A stretch of 64,000 nucleotides of DNA from Phoronis australis (lineage: Eukaryota; Animalia; Phoronida): NCBI GenBank assembly GCA_002633005.1, contig NMRA01000347.1, positions 412,234 to 476,233 of the forward strand, written 5' to 3'. Numbering within the stretch: the first letter of the stretch is position 1; every line of letters begins with the position of its first letter. Below, piece after piece: positions 37,701 through 49,200 of this stretch. The translations under genes were made by a program, and so were the position numbers. Below the pieces are notes generated by a model. It was not told the origin of the DNA and did not search any database. It worked only from the letters and a program-made list of their open reading frames with translations.

Positions 37701-40700
37701 TTTTGAATTGTTTTTACACGATGACGAAAATCGAGCATGCCCTTGGACAAGAGTTGGAGATCAAAGTAAATGTTAACTTGTAACAGAACTGAAAATCAAT
37801 AGACAGAACTAACAACTGCTCTAAATTTAAAATGAGCAAATTAATGTAAAGCATTTCAATAGTCAATTAAATTGTCCTGCATCCTTATTTTTGGTTTATC
37901 GTGAAGGGCATTGTCGATATTGCCGGTCTGCTAATTAATTATATCTAAAGAGCCCACTTTACACCTCCCATCCTCCATTCCTCACGTTACCAAGTACAGC
38001 ACCATTTTGCTTAGTGTAGGTGACAAAAAGATGAATGAAACGTCCAGTTGCAATAAATGGTGCTTTTCGTTGGAAGTTTATTATTTAACATGCCTTGACT
38101 AAGCAATTAAGCGTAATCGTCAAATATGGCCGGCTCCTCTTGGCAGCATAAGAGAAAACAAGATTAATGCAATCTGCCGATGTAGCTTAGTAGCACCATT
38201 TTTGGTGTCGGTAGATTTACATTAACCTAAACAACTATTATCAATCTAACCGTAGTGTGGTATTTCAGATGAGAGAAATCAACTACATTATACAAAGTGC
38301 ATCAAATACATCTCTGATCATAATTGATGAGCTTGGTAGAGGTGAGACTTTTATCATAAACATAATGTGCTGTAGAACACCTCGATTATCTTATTGATCT
38401 TGCAATACTCCGATGTATGTTGTAAAAATGCTAACGCAAGTCTCCTTTGTGACTATTGTAGGTACAAGTGCAGACGAGGGCGTTGGTATTTGCTATTCTA
38501 TTTGTGAGTTTTTGCTTAATTTGAAGGTAAGGTCTGTTCAATTGTAACATGACAAATTACGTGTACGTCGCCGTACATGTACATGTATGGTCGTTTGCAG
38601 CTCTAAGATGAGATTCTGCGTTAAATGAAGTTATTTTTACCTTTATTAGTATATAAAGCTTGTTTTTGTCATCTGCGTTTTAACATACACGGCTTTCAAC
38701 CAGAAATTTATTCTATAGCCTGGTCTCGGACGCCAGCACGCAATCGGCTTCATGAATCTACATTTGTCCGTTTCCTGACGGTATACATTTCCTTAGTTGA
38801 AAACTTACTGTTTCATTTTTTTTTGTTTGTACAAATCAGTGACGGACTTAAAGGGGGACAAGGGGTCCATGTGCCCTACAATTATCCCAGATTTCATTTG
38901 ACAGTTCGGGGATGCGAATGTTTGAGGGGCAAAATCCTGGCTAATACTCTGCCCTGCCCCTCCCCCCCACTCAAAATCCTGGATCCGCCATTGCAAATCA
39001 AATCACAACTTGTTAGGGGCTCAAAAGATCCTTCAAGCACCATGCGATGGAACGCGGAGGCTACAGGGTTCGAGTCAGTGCTGCGCATATAGTACAAACA
39101 TAACACTAGTTCAGTGTACACGAAGTTTGTCTTTTTGGATGTAAAGGTACTGTCTTTATTGAGCAGCGTCAGCGTGTTATGGTATCAAAAGTATAGGTCC
39201 AATTTATTGAATCGTCTACACGTGTAGCTCTTGCTATTTTATACACTGTAGTTTAAAATTTGGTAAGAATTGTATGTTTTTGGTTTTGCAGTGAGCTATT
39301 TGAAATTGTTATACTGATCGCGTTTACCAACATCAGTGCTTTGAAATCCACTGGATATGGATTTAGAAGCATGTGCATACATCATACGCCATGTATTTAA
39401 ATTACACAATGTTAGTTGTTTTAGATATCGCAATAAGTGTGTATCTCCATAAACTCGTGTGTCCTCATTTTTGTGTATTAAACACGTACATGTAGACGAA
39501 TGCAGGTTCACTTATTGATTTTAGGCATTTGTCTTTTTCGCCACACATTTTTTGGAATTGACGCAGTTGGATAACCTGTACCCAAACGTTGAAAAGTAAG
39601 TAAAACATATGTTTAATGTTAAAATAAATATTTTGTTGTACAAGAAACGTCAATGCTGTAACGGTATCTTAGTTGTGCGTGTCAATATCTTTCATACAAT
39701 GACGAAGCTCGCTTAGGACGCGTCACCTTGTCTTTTTATCAGTCTTTATGGGTGTCGTTGAATGAGAAAAGCTCCTGTAGGACCTTAGACAATTGTCATC
39801 ATATCTCAGGAATGTCAGATTACGTTCACAAACTATGTTTGCTACGCATTGTTCTTTAAAACGCTGCTGATTGGATATTGTGTTTGAGGGGATGTCAGAA
39901 ACAGCACTTTATGGTAAAAACCAAAGGTTGCATAAAACGGAAACGAAATGACCATTTAGACATAGCTGTAATAACGTTGAACATTTATATCAGGCAAAAT
40001 TTGTTCATGTTATTGAACGTGGGGGTTTGTTGTGAATATATTCGTTTTTGATCTCATTTACAAGAAGGGCCTGGTTTCTTCACCCAATTAATGGTTACAT
40101 CCTACACTAGCAACAATCTTTTACTTTCATGAAATAGTTGGATTTTATTGAGATAAAATTAATGGTTTTGAAGATGTTTGATTGAATGCACAAACTTGCC
40201 GATAAGGTTGTACACAACCTCAGTGTACTGAGAGCAAGGCACTGAATTGTATTGAAAGACATGCTATATGGTAGTGATCTGTAATACACTGTATCGTTTC
40301 AGTTATTACTTCGAAGTCCTCCGAATATTCAGCAAGGAGGCGGGTGTCGACAAGATAAGTTATTCCCACGTGCTTTCGAAAGGTAAAACAGACGAGAGGC
40401 ATTACGGTATGTCACGTGCGGTTTGTGTACGACAGAAACTACCTTCCTACATAGATCGCTTGATCGTCACGTGTGCATGCATCCCGTGTGAATTTCCTTG
40501 AAAAACAAGTCACCATTGCCATACCGCATGATGCCTGAGGCATACACCTGGCGGGTATACGGCAGTGTGTGTATTAAAGTCTATTCCCATCAAGTGTCCA
40601 TCGATTTTCATTGGCTGGTTCATGATGCCGCTTCATTGACATCAGCATGTTTGCCATCTTGTTCATCATTTCAGCACCTAAGGCACATTGACTTTATCTG

Positions 40701-42748
40701 ATATTTGTCTTATATTACAACTGACAACATTTAACCTGATGGCGCAGCAGTCAACGGGCAAATAACCTAGGTCTGACCTCAACTGACGTAATCAACTTTT
40801 TTCAGCCAGTTAAGTCCCATAATTAATTCTGCCAGTTATAAACTACACCCAGTTTGCCGAAGGCGCATTTTTACCTATTTTTCGGTAGCTTTATTTCTTC
40901 TGTTCACACACGTTAAAACTACATTTCCTCAACATTTTTCCTGTAAGACAACCCACTCATGCTCATAAAATCAGTTTCTTCAAATTCCTCGGCACGCGAC
41001 AGGACTCAGTTTCTATTACAAACAAGAACATGGAAAACATCTACGACTCAGCGCTTATTTAGAGCTGGTTGGCCACCCTTAGGTTGAGCATTTCTTGTTA
41101 CTTTAGTACCCTTTGACACAGCGACATCTGTCGTGAAAAGTACCACTGTTCAAGAGTGTGGTTACTTTAGTTGCTGGCATAGTCGGCACCGATACGTGAC
41201 AACGGGTTATGGCGATTGTAACGAGTTAAGATAGAGCGTATTTTGGCGAAAGCTTTCTTGTTATTATGCTTATTCACAAATTTTAGTTATTCTAGAATAA
41301 TGTGACGAGTAATTTACGAGGGTACATACATGTATGTCTTACTGGAAATTTCCCTCGTCCGTATGATATTTGGTTAATTTTCTCCGCTGTGTATAGCTGT
41401 CAATATTGAGCTCTTAATCGTGGCGGTGTAACACCACGTGGTTCATCTTGAATGGTGTCGAACAAGCCGGCACCGCTAGTCACGGGCAGTGCGTACACGG
41501 GGCATTTTGAATCCGAAATATCTGTGCATAGTGCCAGCTGTGGGGTTGTAATTACCGTGCTGGAGAGACTACATTTCAAAGTTGATTTGTTTTTCTGTCC
41601 TAGGGTTACAATTAGCGGAGGTATCGGCTCTACCCAAGTCTGTGGTTGAACACGCTAAAGAGGTTGCGCAGAAAATCGCCAAGCAGAAACAGGTACTGAC
41701 GCTTGATTTCAAAACGCCATTTATCTTCTATTTATAGCTACCCATGCAATAACAAGTTTTTAGTTAATTTTGCCTTAAAACACAGGTGAACAGAGATGAT
41801 CACGTAGTCTTGTTTCTTTAAAACAATATTGAACGTCGTGTTTCGGTGTCCCTTACTAATCCGCTGTTGGTGTCTAACTGGTGAGTGTTAAAGCACTGTG
41901 TACAGTTGTATTCAGCTGAAGACGCTTTCCCATTATAAGGGGACTGTGTTTTCTGGAAAGTCTTTAGTCTAAGATTGTCGCGCAATTTGCCTATAACGTT
42001 ACAGTGTAGATACACTCTTTGCCGGCTTAGCAGACGCTGTAAGGAGTTTTCAAACTTGTTCCAAACTGTTAAAGACTGGGGACGGTTATACAACACTACT
42101 TTACATTAGAGTGGAAGACTTGATGTGAGCTATACACGGGCTTCAGTTTGTATACTTGGTTGCATGAGCTGAGGGCAAAGTTTACATAGTATGACGTCAC
42201 TTCGTGAACGGAGTTTTGGACAGAAGACTGTGTAGAAAGGTCGAAATGAGAAAATTGAATCCATAGAGCGCTCAACGGCAGGTTGCCGACCAAACACTTC
42301 ATGTTATTCTTGGTTAATGAATAAACCGATAAGTAAATAGCAAAAAATCCTATTTGAACAAAGAGTACCACATTGCCAAGGACATCTCACGTACAGGAGT
42401 AGGATTGCTTATGTTTTACCGCCAGGTGTTCCCCTTGGTAAAGGAATTAAGGCTTGTCCGCTGTGTGAGTACTCTTATATACTCAAAAGGCATCTTTCAC
42501 CACGTATTCGTCAAAAGCTCACATGCAATTATAAGATAAATGCTCTTATAAAATTATGTGGATAATCATTCCTATAGGTGAGCAACACATCAGTTGTCGA
42601 ATCTCGTAAGCAGAGAGCCATGTTCAAGCTCGCAAGTCGCCTTGTTCAGACGGCCATGAGTTCTCGACTGAGTCGGGACAGTCTGCGGGTTTATTTACAA
42701 AGTTTGAAGTCGCAGTATTTCAAGGACATCGCCGTCACGGAAGAGTAA
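25765..42748 (+). CDS. MSH4: MutS protein homolog 4 (meiotic MutS-gamma subunit); start exon uncertain
   Basis: Exons 25765-25906 (tentative), 26918-27060, 27528-27676 ([15 protein letters not shown]), 28168-28291, 28569-28635, 29369-29490, 30553-30696, 31103-31374, 31658-31777, 32224-32236, 32976-33214, 33494-33506, 33806-33851, 34516-34640, 35238-35332, 35647-35694 and 37494-37661 (Walker A ITGPNM|SGKST), 38269-38341 (Walker B IIDELGRG), 38462-38526, 39525-39595 (FATHF), 40303-40406, 41604-41692, 42578-42748 (TAA). The peptide is colinear with vertebrate MSH4 as I recall it. Confidence 0.96.
28830..28922. repeat. Tandem repeat, 31 bp x3
   Basis: caagtgcagcgtgcggggctgcagta(t/c)ataa occurs three times in an MSH4 intron. 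Confidence 0.95.
30361..30519 (+). mobile_element. ~160-bp MITE with 5-bp target duplication (CTGAA), copy 1
   Basis: Termini cagtggcggatt...ggatccgacccctA are flanked by ctgaa on both sides; homologous to 38837-38993. Confidence 0.8.
35926..37017. mobile_element. ~1.1-kb non-autonomous DNA transposon with imperfect ~29-bp inverted repeats
   Basis: Left actgtgacgtcaccggaaagggggcaaaa versus right ttttgccccacttcccgtgacgtcacagt. No transposase ORF; the true ends may extend further. Confidence 0.65.
38837..38993 (+). mobile_element. ~160-bp MITE with 5-bp target duplication (CAAAT), copy 2
   Basis: Termini cagtgacggac...ggatccgccattg are flanked by caaat on both sides; the internal tgcgaatgt..gggcaaaatcctg is shared with copy 1. 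Confidence 0.8.
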
Positions 42749-42910
42749 ACTGGTCAGAGTACCTTGTCAAACAACGGAAGTGACGTCACTCAGCTGCCGG
42801 ATGGAACGTGCTGATATTTCTGTCTAGCTTGGAAATAATTGCCACTGATGTTAAACATTTTTTACTATTGTACAGGACATGTTCTCAGAACGCAATTACT
42901 TAACATAAAC

Positions 42911-42927
42911 AATAAAGATGCAATAAA
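42911..42927 (+). terminator. Candidate MSH4 polyadenylation signals (two AATAAA)
   Basis: aataaagatgcaataaa lies about 165 nt after the MSH4 stop. Confidence 0.6.
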
Positions 42928-43254
42928 TATATGTTTAATAACGATACAATTTGAACAACTTCAATGTTAAATGTTGACGTGCAATTAAAATCAAAATGGC
43001 GGCAAAAATAACATTGCTGTATTTTAGTTGTCATACCTCGACGTTCCTAATGCACGCACGTGGATGAAAACGAAGTCATTGGCTTTAGTATTCTGGCGTT
43101 ATCGGCACTTTTCAGTCGATGAACTTGTCAATTATTTACATGAAATAATAATACGGTAGCAGTTATGAAAATACCAGAAGACCCGATGACAACCACATGG
43201 TTATAAATTTGATGCGAGACTCAGATCAGTAACGTACATGTACATTTGAACCCG

Positions 43255-46200
43255 CTAGACGACTTGGTCACATATACTAGACGACTCTTTTAACGAAAGA
43301 ATAACTTTGGGTGGTGAGATTCCGTTCCATAAACCCTGAAAATAAAAACTCAGTATTAAAACGTGTATTCTAAAACTGTGCTTTATTATTCTCTCGTAAA
43401 TCTTTCAGATTTTCATGAGAATGCTAATAACCTACCATACATGTGCATGTAACTGTGGGGAGAATTTCGTGACTGCTTCTGTAAGTAAAAGTGTCTGCGT
43501 TCTCACTTTTTCCATAAGCCAAGGAAAGAAAACACAAACTCTGACGCTTCTTTGACCTATTTGAATCCAGCAAATACCAGTCGATGTAGCAAGCTAATTC
43601 ATTGATTCAGTGTATGTAAACAAGTCTAACAAAATTCAAACTTACAGGAAACCGCTGACCATTTGTTCTGTTACACTGAACGGACAGTGGGCCTACGTCA
43701 TATAATTCTTGCAAAGTTTGAACGTTCTCGTTTTTCCAATCCACCGCTGAGTAGTTGTCCCTATAAGACTTTTTCCTTGATGTCTTCATATTATCGCTCC
43801 TGTGAGAAAGATGGAAGATTTTGTGAGATATAAGGGAATTACGACACGCATAATGTGGCACCTACAATACTGACAACGACACAGTAGTTGGATGCCGTCT
43901 GTGCGTGCATAGTTTTGAGAAAATATGCGCCAAGGGAACTGTAGAAGTAAGCCGGGAGTGCAGAAATTTTAGTGCGCCGTTGTTGGCGTGCGTCATTGGT
44001 TTCACAATACGGAACTGAAAGAAGAAGTTATGGCGCTGTTTGCAGAACACTAGCACAAGGTGCATGGGAAGCATAGAACTTAGTAGTGTGGGTCCTGCTG
44101 CCGTTATTTTGAAATTATCGCCATTATTATTGTTATTAGATTTAGACTTATTATTACTGTTACTGTTGTTGTTATTATTTATCTTAAAACTGCTATTGGT
44201 CTTATTTGCATCTTGAAATGCTCGAGATAAAGTTTTAGTACCGATGGCTTGAGCACAGAACGTATACGCCTCCAAGTACTTTAAACCCATTGCACAGAAG
44301 TGACATGACTTACAATTTCAAATAGTCAAAGTACAGCTGCAACGTGTGGGTGTCTATAGCGCTCTTGCAGACCTGAAGGTCTACACGAGGGTAGTAATGG
44401 ATGTAGTTGACGCACATTTCGTCGGAAATTGCAAATCCTCCCTGGAACGGCACGAACAGAAATATTAAATCCATTGTTATTCTCCATGAGTTTTTTTCAT
44501 TATAGACAAGTGTAGCGCTGTTGTCGACGTTTAGACTATGTGTAGTGTGCGTCGCTAACACTGTTATTGGGCATATTTCATTTATAAGACCTTCAAAATT
44601 TACTCGACCTTCAAGAGCTGCAGGTACCACTGGTCCCTCAGAGAGAAGCACGGAAATCGACTTACCATTGTGACATTTGTTCTGTCAGCTGTTCTATATT
44701 TACATATTGTAGTCAACGAGTCCCCCTGTAAAGAGAACCATTGCTGTAGATAGCCAGCTATGGGATTTCATGAACTGAACGAAGCTAGAACTCATGAGAC
44801 TGAAGGAGAAGACGAAAGAGACAATGCACCAGTGAATTAGTGAACATGGAACAACAAAGGCGTTCCTGCTAATGATGCTTGTAGACAAGTAGATCTCTTT
44901 AACCCCCATAACCCCACAAGGTTCGCTTATCTCAATGAAATCACTTCACAATTATCTACACTGTAGGCTGCACCATTCTTTCTTTTGCTTCTCACTTCCT
45001 CAGTGCCGGGTCACGGTTTCATGGGGCACCTAAGCTATAAATGCACGGGTGACCTAAATTGACATTTGAGTTGTCCCCTGTCGTCAATGCTTTTCCAACC
45101 ATTCCCCTAATAATTGGCGCAATGTTTCCTGAGCTTCTAGCCCCCAAGTGGCTACCAATTCACCCACACCTCTCTCCCTTGTGGAAACAATCCGTGACTA
45201 CGAGGGTTGGGTCCTACTTTGTACAAGGCCTCTCACCTTAAGTTTATTTAACTTAATGGAAAATCCTGCACTGAAGCGCTCAGTGCTAGAACCTCAGGTG
45301 CTTGGCATCGTTAGTGTTCACCATGACGTAGGCCTCAAAATTAACATACATGTACTTATCGTCAGGTCAACGAATGTTCCTAATCTATGTACACTATGGC
45401 GACTACCGTGACAATAATTCTTAGCCAATGATATTTACCGGTAACACGTGGACTGGTTTCGGAAGCATTCTGATTTCTTGGAAATGAGGGCTGTAGTGGT
45501 CATCGTGGTTGAGGTCGTCCAGCTGAATCCCTCCCCTGCTGTGGGTGGTGTGAATTGAGCGGCCGGTCAGGTGAGCGTGCAGTTGGGAAGCAAATACTTT
45601 AATACCGCCTTGAGGTAAACCCTGCAAAATAGGCATGACAATGACATTTTATTTTTTCATTCTAAGAAACAATCTTTTTCCTGTAATATATTGCAGATTT
45701 CTGATTTCATACGCTTGGCACAGCCATGCGATTCACTAAGGTTTGCTATTCAGCGATAAACGTTTCCCAAAAGCTTGTTTGTCGAAACATATAATACGAC
45801 TAAGGCCCAAACAGATGCGTTCAATTGGATTCTTTTTTTATCAAAAAAAAAAAATATTTTGTGTACAATTTTCAAACCAATCACGGCATCACTTGTCGAC
45901 ATCTTTATTAAATCCGAAAAAGCGTCACCATTTCTTCTACAGTGAGCTCCCATTTACCTCAGCTGTGCATTGTGGTACACAATAACCGCTGACGTAGAAC
46001 TCGTCCAATCCAGGAGGGATGGCCATTGTGTCGATGTACTGTAGTCCAAGCTCCATGCACCCAGCATCGTACTGCCGTAACTGTGACGTGTACGTGAATT
46101 TCATGCCTGAGCTGTCGACTATATCTGGGGGTGACAAAATGTAGTGGTACAGTGCTTCCACTCGTTAAGAGTGATCTTTAGTAATGAAGAGCGCCGGTGT

Positions 46201-49200
46201 AAATTTTGCAATCACATCCACTATCATAAAAATAAGAGCGTTTTTTCAGCAAGATTCATCGTAACGGTTTCAAATGTTGTTTATGCTGGACCTCTGCAGA
46301 TGGTTTTTAGTCCTCTTTGCAGACCGTCTATTGTTGGACAGTTGCTGTAACTATGCAATACATATTGTTCTAACAACAGAACATATTTTCACTCATCGTA
46401 CACATAAACGTAGTGCGAAACGCTTACTTGATAGTTTGTCTGGGTTGTTGTAGTGAATTTCAAGCATTACAAAAGGAGAAAAGTTATGGCCACCAACAGG
46501 AGCGCCAGCCTCATCAGGATACACGAACGCCTGAAATGTGATAGCAAATTATTCACATCAGTCGACAACGTGGTTCAAAAAGTTCTTTTTCTGCGCCATA
46601 TGTTTCCTTTATTATATGGTAACCTACAATCTTCACATTAGAATATGTCAGTTTTATCAGTGTTCACCCAAAGAATCTATTAATAATACACAAGAAATCT
46701 TACGGTCTCGTTTCTGAAAGTTCGACATTTCAGTGGACCTTATTGCTGTTAAATTTACTAAAAATGAATGTCGTTTTCTGTAATTGGCATTTGCTCTTAA
46801 GCCCTGCATCCCAGTATCTGTTTCACAAACAAATTTCCAACACTGTTTTCAGCATGATAAACTGTTGCAGTGCCTAGTGTCTTAGATGTTGTGCTGAGAG
46901 TAGATGTCGTGGGATTATGATCGAAAGGGCGATGGGCGGTGGCCTAGAATAGTTTTCAAAACAAAATGACGATTTTTTCGAATAGCTCCTGGCTTCGTTG
47001 AACTTACGGTGAAAAGTAACAGAAGAGAAACGGGCGCCTTGAAATAATGCTCAATTATATGTAAATCTGTACCACAAAAATTTAACATGAGGATTATGTC
47101 TTTGAAGACCTGTCCCATATACATACATGTACATGTATAAGTACGAAAATCATGAAACGACGCTGGTAAATGCTCAGCGAATAACAAACACTTTAAAAGC
47201 AACCAATATAGGGACTTCAATAGCTAAATACGTTTAATCTTTAGCAAAACTACGGTGTGAATGAGTTGCCCCTCTCCATCTAATACCTCGGCTCCCATGG
47301 CCCAGGCGCCGATCACTTTCTTGCACGACTTCAGTCGCTGCGGTTTCGTCATAGCCATGCACAGTCCATTGTAGCGCGGAATCTCTGTCCCTACGGGCAC
47401 CTCACAGTGAAACACCTCCATGTGGTGAACAAGGCCCTCACTGGCTTTCTCTATGTATGGCTCGAACTTGACGATGTGATGCTTGACCGGAAGTTGCGGT
47501 ATCCTATGCGTACTACACCAATAGGTGGTCTCTGTAGCCGGAACGTGAACCTGAGGTAACAGTACGTATGCGATTGTGGACAACGAGTAATCTTATTTGT
47601 GTTAAGAATAAATGGGAACATAATATTTAGTGTCCACTGTAATTTTCTTGGCAATGATAGACCTGTGTTTGAAATGAAGGTGTCATGGCCGTAACCGTAG
47701 TAGGCCGTAACAGTTAAGCAACTGGCAAAATCAACAGTCAGAATGCCCACTCAGCAATCTACGCCTACTACAAGGAATTTGTTATTTTCAAAAATTATGT
47801 ATTTGCATAAACTATCTATCATATAGGTCTGTCCGTCGTGTCTGTCGGTTTGGCTGTCTGTCTGTTTTGCCTGTTTTTTCTGTTAGTTATACTTATGATT
47901 TATACGTGTATATCCATACTTAATGTCTGTAAAACACCATATTGGCCTTCTGTGTTCAAGTAAACAAATCATTTGTGAAACTGTGAAATCAGTAAAAATA
48001 ACGACCGATGAATAAATACAGGTTACCTTGTTATGGCGTATTTCGAATGTTTTAACGTTCGAAGGTATGCTGGGAACTGGTAAATTTGGCTTCAGCAACT
48101 GCGCCCTCTGGAGGCCAATAGACATCGATGAGATATTCAATCCTTCGATACTATACAGTTCACCTGCACCCCAGAAGAATATTATATGTGTGGTCCCATC
48201 CTGCAAAGACAACGGGATAACTGTGGGATTGCTGGAAATGGACAATGACCTCTGACCTTTTGGCTGGAGCTTAGTGTGTGAGCTCGAGCACAACAAGGTA
48301 CACTAGTTCTCATTAGGAGCTCGAGAACGACAAGAGAGCCAAGTGTGCGGCCAACTATGTCGCACAATCTGGGTGAGAACTTCGTGGATGGTGTTGAATT
48401 CGAGCCATGTTTTTGCCAAGGTAACACGTCATCAACTCCTTTCGTCCAAATGCTAGGACAGACTTCCACGTTTTGGGAACGAGTTCTGTGTGACAGAACA
48501 CTATAGGGGAAGCGCAACTGTTAAGGTGGTTTTATGAATCCGCCTTCTGAAACAAATGTCAGTTTTTGACCGATACAACTTACCTAGTACATGAATGAAC
48601 CTGGTATCAAATTGTCCCTGAGTGAAATTAAAGACGATTTCAGGACTTCGAAAAAATAGCTGCTGGTTGGGACAAGCTTTTACATTGTACAAGTTGGCTT
48701 GACACAGCAGTGGTGTGGTGGGGCGTAGGCGCACGTACATGTAGGCACAGCCAACCACCTTTTGGCATTTAAACGTAGCGCCTACGCACGGTAAGTTATG
48801 TTATAGGTCGAAATCAGTGCACTGGCTTTTAGTTTTCAAGGTAATACGGTGTACATTGGGAACCTACTTACCTCTAGTTTTACCACTACATTACTGGTAA
48901 AGCATGGGCTCAAATGAAAACTACCAGGTCTGTGCTAATCCCCAAATCACTTCTCATCCGAGAAAGGGCAAGCCAAGTTGACACCATTTTTAAAGTGGTA
49001 AATACTGTAGTTTAAATCAAAAGTTCGCTTTTTGGACCGAAAGCGAGTTTGTAGTCGCTTTCATATATATTCAAAAGGAAAGATGACGTGGCACTACTTT
49101 TGTCATAAACATTTTGAATAAAAATCGAAGAAACCTTTAATGAAATCGTGAAATTTATTTTTGCTCTGATTTAAATACACTGTTCTTTCTGGTTTTGTCG

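Noticed and set aside
38191-38212. TAGCACCATTT resembling the miR-29 5' end
   Set aside because: The match ends after 11 nt and falls in the hairpin loop, not on an arm.
43862-44290. 142-aa Asn-rich ORF
   Set aside because: It is the translation of an intronic TTA/TTG microsatellite between two DBH exons.
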